A stretch of 64,000 nt of DNA from an uncultured Gemmataceae bacterium (GTDB lineage: Bacteria > Planctomycetota > Planctomycetia > Gemmatales > Gemmataceae), in assembly GCA_963750165.1 (NCBI GenBank), contig CAVVPN010000003.1, positions 2,816,001-2,880,000 on the forward strand, written 5' to 3'. The notes beneath the pieces are model-generated. The model was not told the DNA's origin. It searched no databases and worked only from the letters and a program-made list of their open reading frames with translations. The translations under genes and the position numbers were made by a program. Positions within the stretch are counted from its first letter, which is position 1; each line of letters starts with the position of its first letter. Positions 42,474 to 54,821 of the stretch are shown here, one piece after another.

Positions 42474-44050
42474 TTCGCGCCCCCCTTCTTGTTGGTGCTT
42501 TTCTTCTCGGTGAGGATGATCTTGATGGCCTCTTCCGCCATGCGCCGCAGCGCCTCGGGGTTTCCCATGTCGAGCGATACGACGCGCAGCTGGGGCAGGG
42601 CAGGCCGAGCCCGGTTCTCCATGCTCGCCAGGGCCATCACCGCCGCGGCAACGACGTTGGTGTCGTTGTCCTTCAGGCACTTGACGAGTGCATCCATGTG
42701 CTGCGGGGCGGCGCCGATCCGGCCCAGCGCCTGGATGGCCGCCGCGCGCACCTGCTGTTTTTCCTTCGGATCCTCGACGAGGCGGAGCACCGGGTTGGCC
42801 ACTTCGGCGGCGTCCTTGCCGAGCGTGGCCAGTGCCTCCAGGGTAGCGACGCGCACCGCTAGATCCTTGTCCTTCAGGAGGCCGATCATCTGGCTCAGTT
42901 CGCCCTTGGCGTCGGCACCGAGGCTGGCCAGGTTCGCCAGGGCGGCGACGCGCATCGGCACATCCTCATCCTTCAGGAAGGAGGCCACCGTCGGGGCAAT
43001 CGTCTTGCCGCCCATGCGCGTCAGTGCATGCAGCGCAGCCACGCGGATGTTCACGTCATCGACCTTCTTGGGGTCCAGGCACTCGACGTACACGAGCTTG
43101 ATCTTGTCCCTGGCCTCCGGGCCGAGTTTGGCCAGCGCGTGCAGGGCCTCAATGCGCACGGCGTGGTCCTTGCTCTTGGTCGCGTAGTTGGCGAGGGCCT
43201 CGCGGCGGTCCTTGTTCCTGGTCTTGTCGATGCCGTAGGCAACCAGGTGGGCGTTGATGCGGACGCTCAGGTCCTTTTCCTCGTACGCCTTGGTATACAG
43301 GATTTCGTTGATGTACTGATCCACCGCCTTTTTGGTGGCGTTCAGGTCCGTCAGGTCGAGGCGATCAATGGAGTGCAGGATGGCCATTTTGACCTGGGAG
43401 GAGGGTTCGTACTTGAGGCGCTTGAGCAGGGCCTCACTGACCTCGAGGGGCGGCGTTTCCTTCTTGCGGTCGAAGGGGTAGCTGCCCAGCATGGTGGCGG
43501 CGAGCTGGCGGATTTCCCAGGTATCGAGATCGCGGACCATCGCGGCGATTTCGTGGGCCGCCGCCTTCATGTACGGCCCGAGGTTGCTGATCGCCACCAG
43601 GGTGCGGTACTTGACGACGACCTGCCGGTCCTTGAGCAGGTTTTTGAAGACGTTCACCACCTCAATGACCTGTTTGGGGTCCACTTTTTCCTGGCTATGC
43701 AGGATCGACACCAGAATGGTGGGGGCGTTGGCGAGGAAGCTGGTGTCCACGTACAGTCCGGACGCCGGCTTGTGTTTCTTCAGTTCGCCGAGGATGATCG
43801 GCACCGCCTCGTAGGCCTTTTTCGGCCCGAACTCCGTCACGGTCTTGAGGGCCTGAAGGCTTTTGGCCCGGTCCCTCTGCTTGATTTCCTTGATCCATTC
43901 CTCGGCCTTCTTGCCGCCGATTTCGGTGGGCCAGTCGTGTTTTTTGTCTTTGTCTTTGTCCTTGTCCTTGCCTTTGCCCTGTGCGTGGGCACCGCCGACC
44001 AGCAGCAACGACAGGGCGACCACCAGGGTACTGAGAGAGAGCACGCGCAT
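42470..44050 (-). CDS. Secreted HEAT repeat protein
   Basis: Signal peptide AHA|Q, KDKDKD linker, IGGK...EWI, repeated VR..AL..L..LG. Confidence 0.88.
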   Translation of the reverse strand: MRVLSLSTLVVALSLLLVGGAHAQGKGKDKDKDKDKKHDWPTEIGGKKAEEWIKEIKQRDRAKSLQALKTVTEFGPKKAYEAVPIILGELKKHKPASGLYVDTSFLANAPTILVSILHSQEKVDPKQVIEVVNVFKNLLKDRQVVVKYRTLVAISNLGPYMKAAAHEIAAMVRDLDTWEIRQLAATMLGSYPFDRKKETPPLEVSEALLKRLKYEPSSQVKMAILHSIDRLDLTDLNATKKAVDQYINEILYTKAYEEKDLSVRINAHLVAYGIDKTRNKDRREALANYATKSKDHAVRIEALHALAKLGPEARDKIKLVYVECLDPKKVDDVNIRVAALHALTRMGGKTIAPTVASFLKDEDVPMRVAALANLASLGADAKGELSQMIGLLKDKDLAVRVATLEALATLGKDAAEVANPVLRLVEDPKEKQQVRAAAIQALGRIGAAPQHMDALVKCLKDNDTNVVAAAVMALASMENRARPALPQLRVVSLDMGNPEALRRMAEEAIKIILTEKKSTNKKGGAK

Positions 44051-44129
44051 GTTCTGACCTTTGCGTTTAGATGGTTCTTCCCCGCTTTTAGATTACCACG
44101 CGCTTGCGGCGCGTGGCAACAGGGTTGTG

Positions 44130-45114
44130 CTACGGCTGTCGCGGCAACGTGTACCACGCCAGGTTACACGCCTCGCGTTCCTCCGTGTCCAGCGTCGCGC
44201 CGGCCGCCGCCAGGCTCTCCGCCAATTGCTCCGGCTTGCTGGCGCCGACGATGGCCGCGGTGACGCCCGGCTGTGCCAGCACCCACGCCACCGCCACCGT
44301 CACCAGCGCTTTGCCGCGCGGCTGGAAAAACTGCTGCAACCGCTGCACCGCCTCCAGCTGCGCCTGCTGCCAGTAGCGCTGCCGATACAGTTCGCCCGTC
44401 TTGCCGAGCGTGAAGCGCGTGCCCGGCGGCGGGCTCTCCAGCGACCGATACTTGCCCGTCAGGAAGCCGCCCGCCAGCGGATTATACGCGATCACACCGA
44501 TTCCCTGATCGCGGCACAACGGCAACAGTTCGCTCTCGATTTCGCGGTAGAGCAGGTTGTAGCGCGGCTGCACGCAGTCGAAGCGCGCCAGGTCGTGCCG
44601 GTAGCTGACGCCGAGCGCCAGCGCCACCTGCCAGGCCGGGAAATTCGAGCAGCCGAGGTAGCGGACCTTGCCGTGGCGCACCAGGTCGTCCAGCGCCCGC
44701 AGCGTTTCGTCGATGGGCGTCTCCGGGTCGGTGCTGTGCGGCTGATACAGGTCGATGTAGTCGGTGCGCAGGCCGGCGCAGGCTATCCTCGACCGCCTTG
44801 AGGATGTGGCGGCGCGACAGGCCCTCGTCGTTGGGGCCGGGGCCGACGCGCATGCGGCACTTGGTCGCCAGCACGAATTGATCGCGGCGGTGTTCGAGCC
44901 ACTTGCCGACGATCTCCTCGGTGCGGCCGGCGGTCTCGATGGACGGCGGCACCGGGTAAACGTCGGCGGTGTCGAGGAAATCGACGCCGGCCTCGGCGGC
45001 GCGGTCGAGGATGGCGAACGACGTGCGTTCGTCACACTGGTGGCCGAAGGTCATGGTGCCCAGGCAGATTTCCGAGACTTTGAGGCCGGTGCGGCCGAGA
45101 CGGCGGTGGTTCAT
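44130..45114 (-). CDS. Aldo/keto reductase, frameshift near 44775
   Basis: [55 protein letters not shown]. Confidence 0.93.
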
Positions 45115-45128
45115 GGTCGTCCCTCTCC

Positions 45129-45183
45129 TTCTGCCACTTGCGGCTTAGCGGGCAGGAAACGCGCTAAGCCGCAAGCGGCAGAA
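45129..45183. repeat. REP-like palindrome, family C (arms in the opposite order to 37559)
   Basis: TTCTGCCACTTGCGGCTTAGCG / CGCTAAGCCGCAAGCGGCAGAA. Confidence 0.85.
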
Positions 45184-45288
45184 AACACAAATGCCCGCCG
45201 TCATCTTATGCGTTGACGCCGCCGTGGCGCTGCCGTACCCTGATCGGTCAGACGCACACCCGCGAGTCGCCCGCCAGGAACCCATCCC

Positions 45289-47395
45289 ATGAAGCGCTTG
45301 CTCTGCCTGACCGCCGCGGCCCTGACGCTGACCGCCCTGCTGTCGGCCGGCTCCGTCGCCCAGAAAAAGGACACGCCGAAGGACGCCCGCTACGGCAAAC
45401 CCAAGGACTACAACGGCTACTTCCCCTGGACGCCGCCGACCAGCAAGGAAGCGTGGGAGCGCCGCAAACAGGAGGTCCGCGAACAGCTCCTGGTCGCCAA
45501 CGGTCTGTGGCCCATGCCCGAAAAGACGCCGTTGCACCCGGTCATCCACGGCAAGATCGAGCGCGACGGCTACACCATCGAGAAGGTGTATTTCGCCAGC
45601 CGGCCGGGCTTCTACGTCTGCGGCAACCTGTACCGGCCGACCGGCAAGAGCGGCAAGCTGCCCGCGGTGCTGAGCCCGCACGGCCACTGGGCCAACGGCC
45701 GTTTCTACGACGCCGGCGAGAAGGAGGCGAAGAAGCAAATCGCCAGCGGTGCCGAGACGACCATGGCCGGCGCCCGCTATCCGCTGCAGGCGCGCTGCGC
45801 CCAGCTAGCGCGGATGGGCTGCGTCGTCTTCCACTACGACATGATCGGTTACGCCGACAGCCAGCAGATCACGCACCGCACCGGCTTCCTCGACGTGGAG
45901 GCGGAACTGCGGTTGCAGAGTTTCATGGGACAGCAGACGTGGAACACCATCCGCGCGCTCGATTTCCTGACGAGCCTGCCGGACGTGGACCCGGCGCGGA
46001 TCGGCGTGACGGGCGCGAGCGGCGGCGGCACGCAGACGTTTATTCTGTGTGCCCTGGACGCGCGGCCGGCGGCGGCGTTCCCGGCGGTGATGGTCGGCAC
46101 GGCGATGCAGGGCGGCTGCATCTGCGAGAACTGTTCGTACCTGCGCGTCGGCACCGGCAACGTGGAAATCGCCGGCATGTTCGCGCCGAAGCCGCTGGGC
46201 ATGAGCGGCGCCGACGACTGGACCATCGACATTGAGACGAAGGGCCTGCCCGAGCTGAAGGCGCTGTACCGCCTCTACGGCGCCGAGGACAAGGTGTTCG
46301 CGAAGACGTACAAGCAGTTCAAGCACAACTACAACCAGATGAGCCGTGAGTTGATGTACAACTGGTTCAACCAGCACCTCAAGCTCGGCCTCAAGGAGCC
46401 GGTGAAGGAGCAGCCGTTCGTGCCGGTGCCGCCGAAGGAGCTGTCCGTTTTCGACAAGGAGCATCCGCTGCCGAAGGATGCCGTCAACGCGGCGGCGCTG
46501 CGCCGCGAGCTGACCGCGGAGTCGGAGAAGCAGCTGGAGGCGCTGCTGCCGAAGGACGCGAAGACGCTGGAGGCGTTCCGCCGCGTGGAGGGGACGGCGC
46601 TGCGGGTGATGATTGGCGACACCGTGGCCAGCCAGCACGCCACGACATCGCCGCCGACACCGCCAGCCTTCAAGGACGGCGGCAACGTCGCCGTGAGCAA
46701 TTTTGTCATCACCCGCAAAGGGCGTGAGGTGGCGATCCCTGCGACGTGGGTCCACGCCAAAAGGCCGAACGACGCCGTCGTAATCTGGGTGGACGCGGAC
46801 GGGCACAACGGCGTCCTCGACAAGGACGGCAAGTTGACGGCGGCGGCAAAGGCGGTCTGGGAGAAAGGCGCCCATCTGCTCGCCATTGATCCGTACCGCA
46901 CCGATGTGAATGCCCAGAAGGAGCGGCCGCCGGTGAACAAGCAATTCGCGGGCTACACGTTCGGCTACAATCGGCCGCTGCTGAGTGAGCGGGTTTCGGA
47001 CATCCTGACGGCGGTGGACTTCGTGAAGGGCACCAAAGTCTACAAGCGCATCCACCTGGTTGGTGTCGGCGAGGCCGGACCGTGGGTGCTGCTGGCCCGC
47101 GGCCTGTGCGGCGACGCCGTGCAGCGCACCGCCGTCGATCTGAACGGCTTCCGCTTCGAGCAAATCAAGGACATGAACGACCCGATGATGTTGCCCGGAG
47201 GCGCTGAAGTACGGCGGCCTGCCGGCGCTGGCGGCGCTGGCGGCGCCGGGCGAGCTGTACCTGCACAACGCCAAGGGCACCGGCTCGTCGCGCTGGCTGG
47301 AGGCCGCGTACACCGCCGCCGGGGCGCCGCGGGCGTGGCAGCGCCACGAGGCGAAGCAGGACACCGCCGCCGTGCTACAATGGCTGCTGCGTTGA
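45289..47395 (+). CDS. Secreted alpha/beta hydrolase (acetylxylan esterase-like, two domains), frameshift near 47200
   Basis: Signal peptide; PHGH, YDMIGY, GASGGG nucleophile motif, GCICEN, HNYN; ends WLLR* at 47395. Confidence 0.85.
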
Positions 47396-47450
47396 CGCCG
47401 GCCCTCTTCTGGTCTGCCGCTTGCGACGTAGCGCTTGCAGCGAGCGTTTA

Positions 47451-47510
47451 GTCCGAGCCCGAGCGCCAGCGAGGTGGTAGCAGGCCCCTCGCTGGCGCTC
47501 GGGCTCGGAC
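47451..47510. repeat. REP-like palindrome, family A (preceded by a degenerate family C half at ~47412-47434)
   Basis: 24-bp arms GTCCGAGCCCGAGCGCCAGCGAGG / CCTCGCTGGCGCTCGGGCTCGGAC. Confidence 0.9.
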
Positions 47511-47576
47511 CACGAACAAGAATAGCCAGGACGATGAGGTTCTTGTGACAGTTGAAGTTCCCATCGAGGACTGCCC

Positions 47577-50500
47577 ATGTCCGATTCGCCGACCGGCTCC
47601 GCTGCCGCTGACGCCCCCACCGGCTCGTTCCCCCCGCCCACCCTCACCGGGTGCGACGCCCCTGTGCAGCTGCGGGAGCCCGAGGAGGCGCCGCCGACCG
47701 CTGCGCCGCCCGGCGGCGCCGCCCAGGAACCCGCGGCGTCCGCGGCGGCGGTGCCGTTGCGCCTGGACCGCTACGACGTACTGGGCGAGATCGCGCACGG
47801 CGGCATGGGCGTCGTCTACAAGGTGCGCGACCCCAAGTTGGGCCGCACCCTGGCCCTGAAGGTGCTCCTGGACTGCCACGGCCAGCGCCCCGACCTGCGC
47901 CGCCGCTTCCTGGAAGAGGCGCAGATCGGCGGCCAGTTGCAACATCCGGGGCTGGTGTCCGTCCACGAACTGGGCAGCCTGGAGGACCAGCGGCCCTTCT
48001 TCACCATGAAGCTGGTCAAGGGCCGCACGCTCGCCGAGTTGCTGCGCGAGCGTGCCGCGCCCGCGGCGGACCTGCCGCGCTTCCTGGGCATTTTCGAGCA
48101 GGTGTGCCAGACGCTGGCGTACGCGCACAGTCGCGGCGTCATCCACCGCGACCTGAAGCCGGCCAACGTCATGGTCGGCGCCTTCGGCGAAATCCAGGTG
48201 ATGGACTGGGGCCTGGCCAAGGTGCTCGGGCAGCAGCCCGCGGCGCTGGCGCCGGCCACGGCGGCGGGGACAAGCACGCTCTATTCGTCGCGGCTCTCGA
48301 CGGCGGACGAATCGGCGACGCGCGCGGGCACGGTGCTGGGGACGCCGGCGTACATGCCGCCGGAGCAGGCCCGCGGCCAGGTGGACCACCTCGACGAGCG
48401 CTGCGATGTGTTCGGGCTGGGGGCGCTGCTGTGCGAAATGCTCACGGGGCAGCCGCCCTACGCCGGGCCGCCCGAGCGGGTGCTGGCCCAGGCGGCGCAG
48501 GGCGACCTGGCGGAGGCGCACGGCCGGCTGGAGCGCTGCGGCGCGGACGCGGAGCTGGTGCGGCTGGCGCTGCGGTGCCTGGCGTTCCAGCCGCTGGAGC
48601 GGCCGGCGCACGCGGGGGCGGTGGCGGAGGCGGTGACCGCCTACCGGGCCGGTGTGGAGGCGCGGTTGCGGCAAGCGGAGGTGGACGGCGCCGCAGCGCG
48701 AGCGCGGGCGGCCGAGGAGCGCAAGCGGCGGCGGCTGACGCTGGCGCTGGCCGGTTCGGTGCTGCTGACGGTGCTGCTGGGCAGCGGCGGCTGGCTGTGG
48801 ATCAGCCAGGAGCGAGCGGCGCGCGAGCGCGAAGAGCTGGAGGAACAGACCCAGCGGGAGCGCGCGGCCCTGGCCGACCGGGAGCAGCGCGAGCGCGCGG
48901 CGCGCGACCAGCAGGCGGCGGCGGCCCGGCAGTTGCAAACGGTCCTGGCCCGGGCGGAGGAGCGGCGCGCCCGGGCGCGGGCCAGCAACGACGCCGCCCG
49001 CTGGGCCGAGGCGCGGACGCTGGCCGAGCAGGCCGAGACGCTGCTGGCCGGCGTGTCGGATCCGGAGCTGGGCGGGCGCGTGCGGGCGCTGCGGCGCGAG
49101 CTGGAGGACGAGGAAAAGGACCGTCAGTTGCTCGTGCGCCTGGAGCGGCTCTGGCAGGAGCGGCTGCTGACCGAGTACCGCCGGGTGTTCGGCGAACACG
49201 GCTTCCGGCCCCAGAAGCTGAGCGCGCAGGACGCGGCGGACTGGGTGCGGCGGCGGCCACCGGAGACGCGCGCGCGGCTCATCGCCGGCCTGGACGCCTG
49301 GATGGTGCTGGCCCCGTACCGCGGCCCGGAGCGGGACGCGCTGTTCCGGGTACTGCAGGCGGCCGACGACAACGGGCCGCGCAAGGAACTGCGGGCGGCG
49401 GTGGCGAAGAACGACCTGGCGGCGGTGGAACGGCTGACCACGCCGGAGGCGCTGGAGCGGCAGGGTCCCGAGACGGTGCTGCTGCTGGCCGGCTACCTGC
49501 AGACGCGGAAGCTGAACCGGGCCATCGCGGTGCTGCGGTCGGCGTACGCGCGCTTCCCGGGGGACTACTGGATTGTCGTCACCCTGGCCCGGGCGCTGGA
49601 GGACAGGAACACGTACGAACTGGCCGAGGCCGCCGCCTACGAGGAGGAGGTGCGGTTCCGCACGGCGGCGCTGGCGCTGCGGCCGGACAGTCACGACGCC
49701 CTGCTGACGCTGGGCCACGCCCTCGCGTCCCGGAAGCGGTTCGACGAGGCGCTGGCGGTCCTGAAGCGGGCGACCGAGCGGCAACCGGCCGACCCCTACG
49801 GCTGGGTGGCGCTGGCCTGGGCGCTGCAGGAACAGGGCCGGTTCAAAGAGGCCGAGGGAGCGGTGCGGCGGGCCCTCCAACTAAAGCGGACGAGCAACGC
49901 GGAAAGCGTGCTCGGCCTGATCTTCTTTGGCCAGGGCCGCTACGACGAGGCCGTCGCCGCGGCGCACCGCGGCCTCCGGCTGTACCCGACCGCCGAGGGG
50001 CACCTCGGCCTGGCCGCCCTGCTGTGGCGCAAGGGCCGGCTGGACGAGTCCGCCTGGGAACTGCAAAAGGCCCTCCACTGGCAGAACGACCTGCTGGCCG
50101 CGAAGTTTCTCCTGCAACTCCACGTTTACGAAAAACAGGGCCGCTCCAAGGACGCCGAGACGTTGTGCCGCACTGCCACCCTGCTGCAGCCGCAGAACCC
50201 GTCCACGCACCTCGCCCTGTACATCTGCCTGGTGACGCAGGGGCGCTTCGCCGAGACGCCGCCGGTCATCAAGCGCTGCGCCGACCTGGCGGCGCAGACG
50301 CCCAACATCCACAGCTTCCCGAAACTGGCGGTGCGCGAGACGGAGCAGATCCTCGCCCTGGAGCCGCAGTTGGCCGCGTTCCTCAAGGGCGAGTTGAAGC
50401 CGCGTGACGCCGCGGAGCGCGACCTGCTGCTGTACCTGTGCTGGGCGAAAAGGCGCTACGCGGGGGCGGCCCGGCTGTACACCGACGCCTTCGCCGCCGA

Positions 50501-50849
50501 CCCGAAGCTGGCCGACGATTTGCGCGCCGAACACCGATGCGACGCCGCCCGCAGCGCCGCCCGCGCCGCCGCCGGCCTGGGTGACGGCAGCGCCCTCGCT
50601 GAAAAAGAGCGGACGCGCTTGCGGAAACTGGCCGTGCAGTGGCTGCGAGACGACCTGGCGGCGCGGGCCAAGCAGCTGCAAGCGGTTGACCCGGACGAGC
50701 GTGCCGACGCGGCGGAGCGGCTGCGCTGGTGGCGGTGGGATCCGGCGCTGGCGGGCGTGCGCGACGCGGCGGCGCTGCAGCAGTTACCGACCGCCGAGCG
50801 GCAGGCGTGTCAGCAATTCTGGGCGGACGTGGCAGCGCTGGTGCGCTGA
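47577..50849 (+). CDS. Hanks-type Ser/Thr protein kinase with TM, coiled coil and TPR repeats
   Basis: [39 protein letters not shown]-terminal TPRs and DP.LA.VRD...W.DV..L. Confidence 0.95.
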   Translation: MSDSPTGSAAADAPTGSFPPPTLTGCDAPVQLREPEEAPPTAAPPGGAAQEPAASAAAVPLRLDRYDVLGEIAHGGMGVVYKVRDPKLGRTLALKVLLDCHGQRPDLRRRFLEEAQIGGQLQHPGLVSVHELGSLEDQRPFFTMKLVKGRTLAELLRERAAPAADLPRFLGIFEQVCQTLAYAHSRGVIHRDLKPANVMVGAFGEIQVMDWGLAKVLGQQPAALAPATAAGTSTLYSSRLSTADESATRAGTVLGTPAYMPPEQARGQVDHLDERCDVFGLGALLCEMLTGQPPYAGPPERVLAQAAQGDLAEAHGRLERCGADAELVRLALRCLAFQPLERPAHAGAVAEAVTAYRAGVEARLRQAEVDGAAARARAAEERKRRRLTLALAGSVLLTVLLGSGGWLWISQERAAREREELEEQTQRERAALADREQRERAARDQQAAAARQLQTVLARAEERRARARASNDAARWAEARTLAEQAETLLAGVSDPELGGRVRALRRELEDEEKDRQLLVRLERLWQERLLTEYRRVFGEHGFRPQKLSAQDAADWVRRRPPETRARLIAGLDAWMVLAPYRGPERDALFRVLQAADDNGPRKELRAAVAKNDLAAVERLTTPEALERQGPETVLLLAGYLQTRKLNRAIAVLRSAYARFPGDYWIVVTLARALEDRNTYELAEAAAYEEEVRFRTAALALRPDSHDALLTLGHALASRKRFDEALAVLKRATERQPADPYGWVALAWALQEQGRFKEAEGAVRRALQLKRTSNAESVLGLIFFGQGRYDEAVAAAHRGLRLYPTAEGHLGLAALLWRKGRLDESAWELQKALHWQNDLLAAKFLLQLHVYEKQGRSKDAETLCRTATLLQPQNPSTHLALYICLVTQGRFAETPPVIKRCADLAAQTPNIHSFPKLAVRETEQILALEPQLAAFLKGELKPRDAAERDLLLYLCWAKRRYAGAARLYTDAFAADPKLADDLRAEHRCDAARSAARAAAGLGDGSALAEKERTRLRKLAVQWLRDDLAARAKQLQAVDPDERADAAERLRWWRWDPALAGVRDAAALQQLPTAERQACQQFWADVAALVR

Positions 50850-51131
50850 AAGCCCGGTCGCTTCCCGAGGTGGGCGGGCCAGGGCCGCTCCTGTCGCTGG
50901 AGTCTACCTCTCGAAGTAGGCAGGGGGTGGTTGCGTGTGCCACTGCCTGGCCGCCTCGTGAAGTCTCCAGTACCCCCGTCCGGTCGCTCAGGGCGGCCAG
51001 GCAGTGGCACACATCGCTTTTCCTGCCCGCCTACTTCGGGCGGCTCACCCCTGTCGTCGAACGCGGCTCGACACTTCGCCAAGCGTTTGTTCTAATCCCC
51101 GCAGATGTCGTCCCCATCCCATCAAGGAACT

Positions 51132-51830
51132 ATGCCAATGGCCGTGACGTTTGCGAACGCCGCCGAACTGGTGCGAAGGTTGGGCAACATCCCCCTGGAC
51201 CGCATTTGCTTCACGCCACCACCGGGCACGGCCACCGAGCGCGATTTGCGCACTGCGCTGCGCCGTTCCGATCGCCTATACGAACTCGTCGATGGCACGC
51301 TGGTGGAGAAGACCGTGGGACTCAGCGAATCGATGATCGCAGGCCAAGTCTTGAGCGAGATCAGAGCCTTTGCCCGGAAGCATGACCTGGGCATTCCCGC
51401 CGGCGCGGACGGGACGGTACGGTTGCTGAAGGGGCTGGTGCGGATGCCCGACGTGGCGTTTTTCAGCTGGGACAAACTGCCCGGCCGCATGATGTTGGAG
51501 AAAGCGATCCCGGACGTGGCGCCCGATCTGGCCGTCGAGGTGCTCAGCAAGGGGAACACGCCCGCGGAGATGGCACGCAAACTCCGCGAATATTTCCTCG
51601 CCGGCACCTGCCTCGTCTGGATGATCGACCCACGGAAGCGCCAGGCGCAAGTTTACACCGCGCCTGATGCCCCAGCCGCGACTCTGGACGAAGCGCAGGC
51701 GCTCGACGGCGGCAACGTACTGCCCGGCTTCACGCTGCCGCTGGCCGAGCTATTCGCCCACTTCCCCGCCGCGCCCAAAAAGAGCCGCACGCCTGGCAAG
51801 AAGAAGTCCGGAGACCGGTCCACCCGTTGA
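51132..51830 (+). CDS. Uma2-family (PD-(D/E)xK) endonuclease
   Basis: ELVDGTLVEK, RMPDVAF, PDLAVEVLS..NT, EYF.AG..LVW.IDP, LPGF. Confidence 0.9.
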   Translation: MPMAVTFANAAELVRRLGNIPLDRICFTPPPGTATERDLRTALRRSDRLYELVDGTLVEKTVGLSESMIAGQVLSEIRAFARKHDLGIPAGADGTVRLLKGLVRMPDVAFFSWDKLPGRMMLEKAIPDVAPDLAVEVLSKGNTPAEMARKLREYFLAGTCLVWMIDPRKRQAQVYTAPDAPAATLDEAQALDGGNVLPGFTLPLAELFAHFPAAPKKSRTPGKKKSGDRSTR

Positions 51831-52053
51831 CTGTGCCTGAGGATAGGGAATCTCCGGCCCCCCAGGGTCAACCAGGGGGTCTGTGAAATGAAACGAGACG
51901 AGTTCCCTCCGTGGCACTCTTTCATACAGGATACCACAACGGCCGCGACAGCGGAATGGCGGCGGCTGGCCTCGGCTCCCCCTTGACACGCCGGGCCGGC
52001 TGTGGGATCTTCGCCGCCCCGAGGGTGGGCGCGGCGCACGGAGGGCGCGAGGC

Positions 52054-53623
52054 ATGGCGGCAGCGCGGCAAGGCATCCCAACGCGGTGGCGCCTGCCGTT
52101 GCTGCTGGCGCTGGCGCTGTCGCTGTTCGGCGCACGGCTGAGCTGTCCGCTGCTGGAGCCGGAGGAGACGCGCTACGCGGAAATTCCGCGGCAAATGCTG
52201 GCGCAGGGCCGGTTCATCGAGCCGGTCTGGCACGGCGAGGCGTACTACCACAAACCGCCGCTGGTGTACTGGCTGGTGATGGCCAGTTACCGTGTGCTGG
52301 GCGTCTCGGACGCGGCGGCGCGGCTGGTGCCGGCGCTGGCGGCGGTGCTGCTGGTGCTGCTGACCTACGCCTGGGGACGGTCGGTGGCGGACGCCTGGAC
52401 GGCGCTGGTGGCGGCGCTGGTGCTGTGCCTGTCGGGCCGCTTTGTTTACCTGGGCCGGATGCTGGTGCTGGACGGTGTGCTGGCGCTGTGGGTGACGGCG
52501 GCGCTGGCGGCGGCGCAGCAGGCGCTGGTGCGCTGGCGGTGGCGCTGGTGGCTGCTGGCGGCGGTGTGCGTGGGGCTGGGGCTGCTGACCAAGGGCCCGG
52601 TGGCGCTGGCGCTGGTGCTGCCGCCGGTGGCATTTTTCTGCCGCTTGCGGCAGAACGACGGGATAGGGCGCCTGGTGCTGCGCCTGCTGGTCTTTGTCGC
52701 TGTCGCTGTCGCCGTCGCCGCGCCGTGGTACGCCGCCGTCGCGCTGCGCGCACCGCCGCCGCCGCGGACTTCTTCTGGCAGCACAACGTCCAGCGCTTCG
52801 TCGCCCCCATCGACCACGCCAAGCCGTTCTGGTTCTACCTACCGCTGCTGCTGACCGGCACACTGCCCTGGTCGCTGCTGCTGGTGCCGTTGGCCTGGCG
52901 CCTGGTGCGGCACCGCCCCGATGCGGTGCCGCTGCCGCCGGCCCTGGGGTTCTGGCTGACCGCCGCCGGCTGGTGCCTGCTGTTCTTTTCGCTGTCCGGC
53001 TGCAAACGGCCCGCGTACCTGCTGCCGGCGCTGCCGCCGCTGGCGCTGGTGCTCGGCGACTACCTGGCGCAGCGGGTGCGCCGGACGACCGCCGCGCGCT
53101 GCTGCGCTGGACGGGCGTCGCCGCGGTGACGTTCGCGGTGTTGCTGGCCGGCGTTCACGAGGGGCTGGCGAGCTACCACCGCCGGTTCGGCCTGCGTGGC
53201 CTCGTGCGCCGCCACCGCGCCCTGGCCGCCGACGCTTCGCTGGCGGTCTACTGCTACCCGCACCGCTGGGACTCGGTCAGCTTTTACCTGCAGCGCGACG
53301 ACGTGCGCGTCCTGACCGCCGGCGACCGGACGGCCCTGGCGGCGGAGCTGGCGAAGCAACCGCGGGCGCTGGTGTTTGTCAAGGCACAGCGCGGGTTGGC
53401 GGAGCTGGCGTCCGTGCTGCCGGCCGAACTGGAGCTGGTGCCGCACGGCCGACAGGGGACATTTGTCGCGGTCGGCCTGGTGCGGCCGCGGCTCGGCCCT
53501 GCCCGGTTGACCGCGGCCCTGCCGTGGCCTACCTTTTGGCAGGATCTCAACCTTGGGCCCCAGACGAGAACACCATGTCACACGAACCCGTCACCGAACA
53601 GCAAGGAACGACTGCCACCCTGA
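52054..53623 (+). CDS. ArnT/PMT-like (GT-C) glycosyltransferase, frameshifts near 52760 and 53100; 3' end uncertain
   Basis: EPEETRYAEIPRQM, KPPLVYW, ARL, LTKGPV, PWY, HAKPFWFY, K.P.YLLP. Confidence 0.85.
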
Positions 53624-53943
53624 CCGCCGTCGAGCGCCGCCTGTGGGAGCGCCTGGCCTGCACCCGGCCGATCCCGCGCCGTCTGTCACTGGAGCCGGGC
53701 AAGGACCTGGACGATGGCTGGGTGGTGGACCTGTCCGCCGGCGGCCTATGCGTGCTGCTGAACGTGCGGCCGAAGCCAGGCGACGTGCTGTCGATGGAAC
53801 TCGAAAGCAACCCCGATCACCTGCCCGTGGAACTGCAAGCCCGGGTGGTTCGCGTCGAGGCCCTGCCCGAGGGCGACTGGCTGGTCGGCTGCCAGTACCT
53901 GGAGCCCATCAGCGAAGAAATGGTCAATGCGCTGCTGCTGTAA
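53575..53943 (+). CDS. Stand-alone PilZ-domain protein
   Basis: ERRLWER (RxxxR) and DLSAGG (DxSxxG) c-di-GMP motifs. Confidence 0.88.
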   Translation: MSHEPVTEQQGTTATLTAVERRLWERLACTRPIPRRLSLEPGKDLDDGWVVDLSAGGLCVLLNVRPKPGDVLSMELESNPDHLPVELQARVVRVEALPEGDWLVGCQYLEPISEEMVNALLL

Positions 53944-53972
53944 CGCGGTCGGACAAAGCGCTGCCGGACCAA

Positions 53973-54033
53973 ACGGACCCCGTTGTTAGTTTCGCGCGGA
54001 CTCTGCCCGCATGAAACTAACAACGGGGTCCGT
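53973..54033. repeat. Inverted repeat (family F)
   Basis: 21-bp arms ACGGACCCCGTTGTTAGTTTC / GAAACTAACAACGGGGTCCGT. Confidence 0.85.
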
Positions 54034-54097
54034 CGTTGGCGGGCGAGCACGACACCGCTTGCCAGTGCGCATCGCGGTCGGGTGTAGCGGTCAGTTC

Positions 54098-54154
54098 GTA
54101 GTGGAAGTCGCCAGACTTCCGTAGCGGCTTCGGAAGTCTGGCGACTTCCGCTAC
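54098..54154. repeat. GTAG-type REP doublet
   Basis: GTAGTGGAAGTCGCCAGACTTCCG / CGGAAGTCTGGCGACTTCCGCTAC; each half is itself a hairpin. Confidence 0.85.
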
Positions 54155-54223
54155 CCCCAAACGCCAACCGCTCTAAAATGTCAGCAACGAGCGGACGCAC
54201 TGCACCGGGAGGGGGAACCTGAC

Positions 54224-54805
54224 ATGGGCGCGAAACGCATCCTGATGGTGGTGGGCGATTTTGTCGAGGATTACGAGGTGATGGTGCCGTTCCAGGCGCT
54301 GCAGAGCGTGGGGCACCATGTTGATGCCGTCTGCCCTGGCAAAAAGGCCGGCGACCAGATCAAGACGGCGGTCCACGACTTCGAGGGCGATCAGACGTAC
54401 ACCGAGAAGCCCGGCCACCACTTCACGCTCAACGCCAGCTTCAGCGACGCCCGCGCCGATCTGTACGACGCGCTGGTGCTGCCGGGCGGTCGGGCGCCGG
54501 AATACCTGCGGCTCAACGAGGGCGTGCTGCGGCTGGTGCGCGACTTCACCGAGGCCAAAAAGCCCATCGCGGCGCTGTGCCACGGCGTCCAGATCCTGAC
54601 CGCGGCGGACGTGCTCCGCGGCCGGCAGTGTACCACCTACCCGGCGGTTGGGCCGGAGGTCAACGCCGCGGGTGGCATTTACGTCGAGGTGCCCGTGACC
54701 CAGGCGGTGCGCGACGGCAATCTCGTCACGGCGCCGGCGTGGCCGGCGCACCCGGCCTGGCTGGCGAAGTTCCTCGACGTGCTCGGCACCCGGATTCAAC
54801 TCTGA
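54224..54805 (+). CDS. DJ-1/PfpI family protein
   Basis: [23 protein letters not shown] (catalytic Cys), TAPAWP. Confidence 0.93.
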   Translation: MGAKRILMVVGDFVEDYEVMVPFQALQSVGHHVDAVCPGKKAGDQIKTAVHDFEGDQTYTEKPGHHFTLNASFSDARADLYDALVLPGGRAPEYLRLNEGVLRLVRDFTEAKKPIAALCHGVQILTAADVLRGRQCTTYPAVGPEVNAAGGIYVEVPVTQAVRDGNLVTAPAWPAHPAWLAKFLDVLGTRIQL

Positions 54806-54821
54806 CGATTGGAAGCGGCAC

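Noticed and set aside
47577..50849. DWG in place of DFG as an inactive kinase
   Set aside because: DWG is a common variant in planctomycete Hanks kinases and the other catalytic motifs are intact
51132..51830. Uma2 endonuclease as a novel defence gene
   Set aside because: Native codon usage, solitary, and the family is commonly expanded in planctomycetes
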